A program made the translations under genes and the position numbers. This document shows, in pieces, positions 18,301-24,190 of a stretch of DNA of 32,000 nucleotides (its first letter is position 1; the number at the start of each line of letters is the position of its first letter). Where the stretch lies: the NCBI RefSeq assembly GCF_000018105.1, contig NC_009925.1, positions 5,100,001 to 5,132,000 of the forward strand, given 5' to 3'. The notes beneath the pieces were generated by a model. That model had not been told where the DNA came from, made no database searches, and saw only the letters and a program-made list of their open reading frames with translations. Origin of the DNA: Acaryochloris marina MBIC11017 (GTDB taxonomy: Bacteria > Cyanobacteriota > Cyanobacteriia > Thermosynechococcales > Thermosynechococcaceae).

Positions 18301-19019
18301 GAGGTAATGGTGCCGCTGTTGGACACTGAACCTGAAATCGTCGCTTGGGGCTGACCAGAACCATTGAAAAACCGTAGACCACTGGAGCCATTACCGGTAA
18401 CACGACCGCCATTGAATACTTCTGGCCCATCGCCTCGCCCCTGAAGTAGGCCATCATTATCAATGCGGATATTGTCGTTACTAGGGTCACCCGCAGCACC
18501 CACTTGAACGGAGATCGCATCCCCTAGGTTGCCTTCACCGGCATCAATCACACCCCGACGAGTATTATCAATCTTTAAATCATCAACCGTACCGTCAACG
18601 TAGAGTGTTCCGTTGCGCTGATTGCCAGTTCCTAGAATGGTGCCGGAGTTGCGAACCCGAATACCATCGCCATCGCTAAGGTCAACCGCCCGACTATCCG
18701 AACTGATCAGGCCAGAGTTGGAGAGTCTTAAATCATCCCCAGTGGAGCTGATACCGTTGAATGCCCCAGAAATGGCCCCCCGGTTTGTGATCCGGGCATC
18801 TTCACCACTGGATAGGACTGCAGTGTTACCGGAATCAGGGGCTGAGATGGAGCCTGATCGCGTGACCCGCAGGGTGGCATCTTCGCCCACAATATTGACA
18901 GCAGGTTGTCCCTGAGGAGCAATAAGGTCTTCGCGAATCGTAGCTCTCTCATTATCGTTGAGGACAATGGGGTCATTGAGCTGAGTGGGACCATTGAATC
19001 GATTGCTTCGATTAGCCAT
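15336..19019 (-). CDS. Giant secreted RTX-type Ca2+-binding protein (RTX-2), paralog of RTX-1: beta-helix-like repeats, 1 CHRD domain, RTX blocks, T1SS-type C-terminus
   Basis: N-terminal residues about 22-335 are collinear with RTX-1 (for example GNGSSGLRFFNGSG...ATISGSV.NSGTIT.EVNVGFLGG.VVEDGVAF.GRI). CHRD-like module: AGNLYFNIHTNDFNGGEIRGQL...SAIHLHNAPAGVNGPV. GGxGxD blocks: LAGGAGNDTLLGGAGNDTLRGGGGNDITDGG. C-terminus: GGLGADTFVFGPEALGADVVTDFQDGLDLLDVS...DTSDFLS. Confidence 0.9.
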   Translation of the reverse strand: MANRSNRFNGPTQLNDPIVLNDNERATIREDLIAPQGQPAVNIVGEDATLRVTRSGSISAPDSGNTAVLSSGEDARITNRGAISGAFNGISSTGDDLRLSNSGLISSDSRAVDLSDGDGIRVRNSGTILGTGNQRNGTLYVDGTVDDLKIDNTRRGVIDAGEGNLGDAISVQVGAAGDPSNDNIRIDNDGLLQGRGDGPEVFNGGRVTGNGSSGLRFFNGSGQPQATISGSVSNSGTITSEVNVGFLGGLVVEDGVAFQGRITNERRGLISGPRNGLYIGNAEHDLDIINQGRIESGSRAVNIDGTGVNLFNSGQIVGTGDQRNGTVYSDATADDYAIINGRRGVIDAGRGNQGAGVALQTGEVLGDVVNVTFRNAGTIQGRGQAAATSGLAGDGLRIFSGVTGGGTTYQGDIINSGRILSESTQGPTAAIRFSNGLAYQGTLTNERHGLIAGAQNGLYFGDAAHDANVVNRGTIASDSRAVNIDGTGVNLTNSGRIIGSGNQRNGTVYSDATADNYSIVNERRGVIDAGRGNQGAGISLQTGEVDGDIVTASISNAGRIQGRGAGEGNLEGDGIRVFAGADNTTLTSDIDNRGRILGSDDGIDIRTGTTLDGDINNRGIIFGRNNGVEISGAVAGSINNDGLIAGEVAAIDASNAEAAVTVNNRGALKGDVILSGFDDTFTSSSRRGAVITGGLGNDSISGGTGRDTVRFDDIDVPVNVTLDDNGNGTATRKNGFALHFENIEVDSLNTAAVADDAAFLSEALAGNLYFNIHTNDFNGGEIRGQLDNIVSDVTEGGVRTVVLSAVLDAAQEPGPTSDSEATGEGLVTLTVAPDGSITYDLSLQTTGLATFDLLPVAGFSAIHLHNAPAGVNGPVILDVVQDAGGDITGLVQAPGVDTGDGNVFTEIIETDTLASIENVVGSNDNDVILAAAGNNRLEGNDGNDELAGGAGNDTLLGGAGNDTLRGGGGNDITDGGLGIDTADFSDIGAAVTARLDEHGRGIAIYQGPNGRVVDRLISIENLIGSANADSLSGNELANELAGGAGNDTLLGGAGDDILRGGGGNDVTDGGLGIDTADFSDIGAAVTASIDEHGRGTATYQGPNGLVTDQLISIENLTGSENNDVLLGNAEVNVLVGNGGDDTLTGGLGADTFVFGPEALGADVVTDFQDGLDLLDVSAFSLGTTELQSVISSAQQIGGDVLLTFAQENTVLLEGVQAQALDTSDFLS
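15624..16187 (-). repeat. Two tandem 282-bp (94-aa) RTX units within RTX-2
   Basis: ELAGGAGNDTLLGGAGNDTLRGGGGNDITDGGLGIDTADFSDIGAAVTARLDEHGRGIAIYQGPNG... is repeated as ELAGGAGNDTLLGGAGDDILRGGGGNDVTDGGLGIDTADFSDIGAAVTASIDEHGRGTATYQGPNG... The DNA includes an identical run, gttacagcagcaccaatatcagagaagtcagcagtatcaattcccaatcc, starting at 15763 and at 16045. Confidence 0.9.
17331..18236 (-). repeat. Internal duplication (period 181 aa / 543 bp) of a beta-helix module within RTX-2
   Basis: ITNERRGLISGPRNGLYIGNAEHDL...SRAVNIDGTGVNLFNSGQIVGTGDQRNGTVYSDATADDYAIINGRRGVIDAGRGNQGAGVALQTGEV recurs as LTNERHGLIAGAQNGLYFGDAAHDA...SRAVNIDGTGVNLTNSGRIIGSGNQRNGTVYSDATADNYSIVNERRGVIDAGRGNQGAGISLQTGEV. Confidence 0.85.
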
Positions 19020-19307
19020 AAGTGATTTTCCTATCTTTTGTGGTGAGTAATAGCAACGCCCAAATTAGGACACGTCATCGTTGCTGTGCTCTGCGATCAA
19101 TCCTGCTCGGTGGCAAGTGATACATCGCAATAGTCGAATCATAGGCAGAGCAAGCCTTAGCCGTCCTGAGGCGTTAGACCTAAACCTTGATTGGGACTTT
19201 AGACCTAGAATCGTGAATAATGGCGGGTTTCGTATTTGCCAAATGCTTCAGGTTAAGGTGTTCTAGCTTCCTAAGCAGTGGGGGAATGTGGTGTATTCGC
19301 AATCATT

Positions 19308-19332
19308 TACATACCAGTACAGCTGGTATGTA
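19308..19332. promoter_or_regulatory. Perfect 10-bp inverted repeat (candidate operator) in the divergent RTX-2 / response-regulator intergenic region
   Basis: TACATACCAG tacag CTGGTATGTA. It lies between two divergently transcribed genes, so a terminator role is unlikely. Confidence 0.4.
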
Positions 19333-19471
19333 TCGGTTGTCACAGTTTATTCACAGTGCTTTCTAAGTTAACTCTCATCCAGGGCTAGGAAACGCCTACT
19401 AAAATCCTTAGGTAGAGAGAGAAATACTGTTTTGATCTTTTGTTCAAAAGTGTGGAGCTAGTCGCACATTT

Positions 19472-20146
19472 ATGATGACGCCTCAGAATCCAATTCGAGT
19501 ATTGCTAGTGGATGATGAGGACATCGTTCGCTACGGGTTAAAAGCGATCGCGCAAGGCACACCTGAGATCGAAATTGTGGGTGAGGCTGGGTCGGGTAAA
19601 GCTGCGATCGCACAGGCCAAAACGCTACAACCCGATGTGATTCTGATGGACATCAACATGCCCCAGATGGATGGTGTGACGGCCACCCAAGAGATTAGTC
19701 GCATTCAGCCCCATGCTAAAGTCCTCATCTTAACCACCCATGATGAAGCTGAGTATCTAGTGGAAGCGATGCAGCAAGGCGCTGTCGGTTACCTACTCAA
19801 AAATACACCCCCAGAAGACTTCATCCAAAGCATCCAGCAGGCACACAAGGGATATCTACAGCTCGGTCCTGGCCTAGGTCAAAAGCTCTGTCAACTTCTG
19901 AAAACCCCAGTGCGGCCTCAAATTGAAGCCTTCGAGGGCATCACCCCCAGAGAACAGGACGTCTTGAAGCTGGTTGCGACAGGGGCGAGTAACCGCGAAA
20001 TTTCTGAGACGCTCCACATCACCGAAAAAACGGTTAAAAATCACGTCAGTAGCATTTTGAGCCGAGTGGGTGTACAGTCCCGCACCCAGCTTGCTATCTG
20101 GGCTAATTCCGCTGGTGAAGAGACCTCTTCCTTTGCCGTGGCCTAG
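19472..20146 (+). CDS. NarL/FixJ-family response regulator (receiver + LuxR-type HTH)
   Basis: Receiver motifs: VLLVDDEDIV, VILMDINMPQMDG, ILTTHDE, YLLKN. C-terminal GerE/LuxR HTH: TPREQDVLKLVATGASNREISETLHITEKTVKNHVSSILSRVGVQSRTQ. Confidence 0.92.
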   Translation: MMTPQNPIRVLLVDDEDIVRYGLKAIAQGTPEIEIVGEAGSGKAAIAQAKTLQPDVILMDINMPQMDGVTATQEISRIQPHAKVLILTTHDEAEYLVEAMQQGAVGYLLKNTPPEDFIQSIQQAHKGYLQLGPGLGQKLCQLLKTPVRPQIEAFEGITPREQDVLKLVATGASNREISETLHITEKTVKNHVSSILSRVGVQSRTQLAIWANSAGEETSSFAVA

Positions 20147-20193
20147 TAGAATTATCAATTAGACAGACTCTGAGGGGGATTGCATTACGAACA

Positions 20194-21903
20194 ATGCCTT
20201 GGAAGCTCGGTGTCAAATTTAGTGTGTTCTTGGTGCTGATTTTCTTAATCGGCAGTAGCTTGAAAATTTTCACCCTCTCACAACATTTCAATTATCAGGC
20301 CGAGAAAGCTGTGCAAGAGCGGGCAGAGATCCTGCTAACCACGATGCAGGCCGTGCGGAACTACACTCAGGACAATATTCAACCGCGACTGGAAGACAGT
20401 CCTGAGTGGGATAGCAGTTTCGTATTAGAGAGCGTCCCCAATTTTGCCGCCCGGACTGTTTTTGAGGATTTTAGGCAATATGCACCAGACTATCAAGCAT
20501 TTTCCTATAAGGAAGCGACCCCTAATCCCACCAACCCAGACGATCGCACTGATGAATTTGAAGCTAGCATTTTCAAGCAACTGCAAACCAGGTCAACGGA
20601 GCAGCCCGAACGCTTATCGGGCTACCGAACGTTAGGGGAGACAAAGCTGTTTTATATCGCTCGCCCTTTAATCATGACAGATGCCAAATGTTTGAACTGT
20701 CATGGAAAGCCAGGCGATGCCCCCCAAAGCCAGATTGAGATGTATGGTGATCAAAATGGGTTCGGCTGGCAGCTTAATGATGTGATTGCAGCCCAAATGA
20801 TCTATGTTCCTGCCGACACAATTCTAGACCGGGGATATCAGAATCTGTGGGCTGTCACCACCATTTTGCTGAGCCTGTTCGGAGCGCTGTTCTTGGTCAT
20901 TAATCTTTTACTGTGGCGAACTGTGATTCGCCCGCTTAAAATCCTCACACGCGTTTCGAAGCAAATTAGCAGTTGTTCACTGCAGGATGAACCGCGCATG
21001 AAATTGAATCCATCGCAGGGCTTGGACACGCTAACCAACCGACGGGATGAACCGGGACAATTAGCGAGAGCCTTTCAGTTTATGCTGCATGTCCTTGGTC
21101 AACGGGAGCAAGATCTTCAACTTGCGGTTCAGGAGCGAACCCAATGGCTGGAGCAGGAAATGCATGAACGCCAAACAGCCCAGGAGTCGCTACAGCTCTA
21201 TTCCCATGCCATCAACCATGACCTCCGCAACTTGGTGATGGGTATTTCAAGTGTGGTACAAGGGATCTTATTTCAAACCTTTGGCAAAGATAAAGAGCAG
21301 CATTCAACATCAGAGACTTCTGACGTCATCACCATTGAGCCAGCGGCACTGACCCTGATCCAGACAAGTTGCGATCGCCAACTCAATCTTATGAATACTC
21401 TGATGACAGAAGAATCATCAGACATCTGGCGGGTTGCCCTCCAATTACAAACCATTCATCTTCAAAACCTCACAGCGGATCTCCAAAAGTCCTACAAAGC
21501 GAAGCTAGCCTCATCCACTATTCACAACTGCATCCCTAACGATTTGCCTCCTATTAAAGCCGATCCCAGTCAGCTCCAGCGGGTGTTTGAGAATTTAATT
21601 GACAATGCGCTCAAATATAACCCTAACCGCGTTGATATTACTTTAAACGCTCGTGTTGAGGCCAGTGACTCTCCCATGATCCGTTGCACAGTGCAAGATA
21701 ATGGTGTTGGTATCGACTCTCAAAAAATCAATTCTCTCTTTGGAGTTTACACTCGTGGCCAATCTGATACTTGCGTTACTGGGTATGGTCTTGGCCTCTA
21801 CATTTGTCGAAAAATTATTGAAGCTCACGGGGGTACAATTGGCGTTGAAACCTCTGCTGATGGCGGAGCTACATTTTGGTTCCTGCTGGAATTGTCCACT
21901 TGA
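20194..21903 (+). CDS. Membrane sensor histidine kinase with an N-terminal heme-c (CxxCH) Tll0287/DUF3365-like sensor domain
   Basis: Signal-anchor helix (VFLVLIFLIGSSL). The extracytoplasmic domain carries MQAVRNYT...VPNFAARTVFE...YKEATPNPTNPDDRTDEFE...LFYIARPLIMTDAKCLNCHGKPGDAP. The CLNCH codons are at 20689-20703. A second TM helix follows (AVTTILLSLFGALFLVINLLLW), then a coiled coil and an H-box (YSHAINHDLRNLV). HATPase_c motifs: NLIDNALKYN, DNGVGI, GYGLGLYICRKIIEAHGGTI. Confidence 0.88.
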   Translation: MPWKLGVKFSVFLVLIFLIGSSLKIFTLSQHFNYQAEKAVQERAEILLTTMQAVRNYTQDNIQPRLEDSPEWDSSFVLESVPNFAARTVFEDFRQYAPDYQAFSYKEATPNPTNPDDRTDEFEASIFKQLQTRSTEQPERLSGYRTLGETKLFYIARPLIMTDAKCLNCHGKPGDAPQSQIEMYGDQNGFGWQLNDVIAAQMIYVPADTILDRGYQNLWAVTTILLSLFGALFLVINLLLWRTVIRPLKILTRVSKQISSCSLQDEPRMKLNPSQGLDTLTNRRDEPGQLARAFQFMLHVLGQREQDLQLAVQERTQWLEQEMHERQTAQESLQLYSHAINHDLRNLVMGISSVVQGILFQTFGKDKEQHSTSETSDVITIEPAALTLIQTSCDRQLNLMNTLMTEESSDIWRVALQLQTIHLQNLTADLQKSYKAKLASSTIHNCIPNDLPPIKADPSQLQRVFENLIDNALKYNPNRVDITLNARVEASDSPMIRCTVQDNGVGIDSQKINSLFGVYTRGQSDTCVTGYGLGLYICRKIIEAHGGTIGVETSADGGATFWFLLELST

Positions 21904-21976
21904 CTCAGTCAGTCCAGAAGGAGAACATCTGTATATTTTTGCGGGTTTTTACACTGCATTGATTTGAGGTAGCCTG

Positions 21977-22140
21977 AGCTAAAGTGTCAGGACTCAGTGA
22001 CCAAGTTATCTATTGTCAATAATATTGACTATTGAATGAAATACTCCTGATATTTAAACGAGAAATCAACTATTTCAAGAATTGAGCTTTACTAGAATTC
22101 TCAATTAAAATCTTGGACACTGAATCCTGACACTTTAGCT
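21977..22140. mobile_element. MITE-like 164-bp element with 29-bp imperfect terminal inverted repeats
   Basis: Left end AGCTAAAGTGTCAGGACTCAGTGACCAAG (21977-22005). The reverse complement of the right end (22112-22140) is AGCTAAAGTGTCAGGATTCAGTGTCCAAG, giving 27/29 matches. The interior is AT-rich and non-coding. The element abuts the truncated end of the IS5-type transposase fragment. Confidence 0.6.
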
Positions 22141-22141
22141 T

Positions 22142-22390
22142 GACCCACCCCTTCTCGGCGCTGATGCCTTAAAGCCGTATGAATCGTCTGCCAGATCCCT
22201 TGACGGTGCCACTTTTTAGAAATACTTATAGACGGTCTCGTGAGGGGCAAAGCATTTCCCACTGGTAACCACTGCGTTGGACGTAGAATATGGCATTAAG
22301 GATTTCTCTGAGATTAACGGTTCGAGGTCTTCTGAATCCATTAGCAGGAGGCAGGAGAGGACGAAGTACATCCCACTCCGTATCACTCAT
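22142..22390 (-). pseudogene. IS5-family (DUF4096-type N-terminus) transposase remnant, frameshifted and 3'-truncated
   Basis: Minus-strand ATG at 22390: MSDTEWDVLRPLLPPANGFRRPRTVNLREILNAIFYVQRSGYQWEML...ETVYKYF, then a stop. The expected continuation KKWHRQGIWQTIHTALRHQRREGVG lies in another frame. This matches the conserved pattern L.D.EW..I.PLLP....GRPR...R.ILNAI.YV.R.G.QWR.LP......TVY.YF..W...G.W..I. The reading frame ends abruptly at about 22142, with no catalytic domain. Confidence 0.75.
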
Positions 22391-22523
22391 ATCGTTGGGG
22401 TAGGCTCGACGCCTGCTGTGGGCAATCTCAGGACGTCAGCTCATACATTTAAGTCAGTAGTTGGACTAGATGCACAGACGCCATCGCACACTTCTGGCCT
22501 AACTTGTTCGCTTTATACCTTCT

Positions 22524-22706
22524 TTAGAAATCAGCTCTCATACTTTCCGCTGGTAGCTGCATATAGACAGAGGGAATTAACTGTGGCTCCGTCCAACCGT
22601 CAGTGGGAACTATGCCAGAGGCAACAAAGCTAAGGCGGTGTGGAGCTGTTTCAAGAATTGACATCTGAATAGAGCGAACTTCAGGAATTAGTGTAGGTTT
22701 AGACAT
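22524..22706 (-). CDS. Small hypothetical protein, possibly the 5' remnant of a gene disrupted by the IS
   Basis: Strong RBS: GGAGG + AAAAA + ATG at 22706. The product is MSKPTLIPEVRSIQMSILETAPHRLSFVASGIVPTDGWTEPQLIPSVYMQLPAESMRADF. The track's TTG start at 22718 is rejected. No family could be named with certainty. Confidence 0.35.
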   Translation of the reverse strand: MSKPTLIPEVRSIQMSILETAPHRLSFVASGIVPTDGWTEPQLIPSVYMQLPAESMRADF

Positions 22707-23522
22707 TTTTTCCTCCAATTACTATGAATCTAGGGGAAATAAAAGATTGGCAAAGAATTAGCAACATATCTCACCAGAAAATCTAGCTTTAAACTTTGTT
22801 GGAATAATTGGAATAAATTACTTGAGAGCAATCCATCCATATCAACCGGTTAGCTTTTTATGATTTTCTTGTCAGCCAATTAGAATAAAATCAAGCTCAA
22901 ATCTATGCTTTCTTAACTCAAATATCTCTCCAGGATTTTTGGATATTTGAAAATACTCTAGATAGAGCTTGAGGCTAATAAATCCTGCTAGCTTCTCTTT
23001 CTTTAATAAGTCTTCAGTAGAAGCTAGCTAGTTTATGCCGTTTGACTAAAAAATTAATATTGATATTTAAAAATCCAGAACATAATTCTTAACCAGAAAG
23101 GCTAAAGCACTATCATGATTTATTTCTAGCCATCCTTTTAGCCTATCCAAAATTAATTTAGTTTTTCTGATAACCTTAAATGCAATATAAGAGAGATATT
23201 AAATAGAAACTAGATTAGAATAATGAGAATAAATCCCCTTAAATAAAAAGCACCAAGACAAAATGCTTTATCTTAGCTAGTCTTGGATCATTTGATAGTA
23301 GATCATTAAACATCAAGTGCATAATGCTTTTTATTGAGTATGTTGTTCAAAAAACACACTCAAAACTATCTGGTATAGGGAAATAATCCCTTGAAATTAA
23401 TATTTTTAAAATTTCAATATCTTGAGATTAATAAATCTAAAATAAGAGAAATAAATATTGAGAATATCTTGAAGAAAGAGTTGAAATTTTAGTTATCTAA
23501 TTTAGTTGAGAGGAAATTAATC

Positions 23523-23945
23523 GTGAGACACAATCTTTCTATAGCAAACATAATTAGAGTCATCAGTTCTTTGCTACTGGCCTTCCTTTTGTTGATATAT
23601 TCACCAGTAGCATCAGCGAAACCTATCGGGGCCTGCGTCCAAGATCCAACAGGAATTTGTACAAGAGATATTAACCCTTGTGGTAATCCCAGCGTATGTG
23701 GATGTTCAGAAGGCTATACCTACAATGCATCTATTGGGAAATGTCTTATTGATGATATTGGACTAGCAAATGATGCTGGCGTCGAAGTAAAGAGTCGTTG
23801 TGCCTTAGAACCAAAGGGGATTTGTACACAAGATATCAACCAATGTGGGCATGCCAGTATTTGCCAATGCCCTGACAACACAACCTATAGTCCAGTCATT
23901 GGCCAATGCGTAAAAAAACTTGAAACACCGAAGGGTGAATATTAA
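23523..23945 (+). CDS. Secreted cysteine-rich protein with two EGF-like 6-Cys modules
   Basis: GTG start with a GAGAGGA RBS about 9 nt upstream. The signal peptide is MRHNLSIANIIRVISSLLLAFLLLIYSPVASA|KP. There are two modules with identical spacing C-x7-C-x6-C-x5-C-x-C-x11-C (aa 38-74 and 93-129). Module 1 contains CGCSEGYTYNASIGKC, which fits the EGF signature C-x-C-x2-[GP]-[FYW]-x4-8-C. The gene has low G+C and lies in the AT-rich island. Confidence 0.65.
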   Translation: MRHNLSIANIIRVISSLLLAFLLLIYSPVASAKPIGACVQDPTGICTRDINPCGNPSVCGCSEGYTYNASIGKCLIDDIGLANDAGVEVKSRCALEPKGICTQDINQCGHASICQCPDNTTYSPVIGQCVKKLETPKGEY

Positions 23946-24011
23946 GAGCACTAGAGTTACAGCGTGTTTTGAACATTTTTGAATAATAACTAACGGGCAT
24001 TCTACGGTTCT

Positions 24012-24190
24012 ATTGCTATGCAATGAATTAGCAAGCAGTTGCCTATACTGTATTTAAGAGAATCATTATAGAGATAAGCACCAACAAACAGTTTAGGAAG
24101 CTGCAAAGCCTGATTACCCTGACAGTTGGCGAAGTTCAGTTTCCTTTCTATTATCGATATTGGGAAGCTACAATTCTACTGCATAGCAAT
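24012..24190. repeat. 11-bp perfect inverted repeat pair (with weaker flanking similarity) bounding about 180 bp
   Basis: ATTGCTATGCA (24012-24022) and TGCATAGCAAT (24180-24190). Flanking GAATT matches appear only if a 1-nt indel is allowed. Possibly a second decayed MITE. Confidence 0.3.

Noticed and set aside
15754-18994. Long ORFs on both strands inside RTX-2, for example 16705-17340 (+, 211 aa) and 18622-18915 (+, 97 aa).
   Set aside because: Same reasoning: these are shadow frames of the RTX-2 gene.
19081-19266. 61-aa ORF in the RTX-2 / regulator intergenic region.
   Set aside because: It has a non-ATG start in the track, no RBS and an arbitrary sequence. The region is more plausibly regulatory.
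22277-22633. 118-aa plus-strand ORF.
   Set aside because: It is antisense to the recognisable IS5-type transposase remnant, and its start is a non-ATG in the track. It has no motifs.
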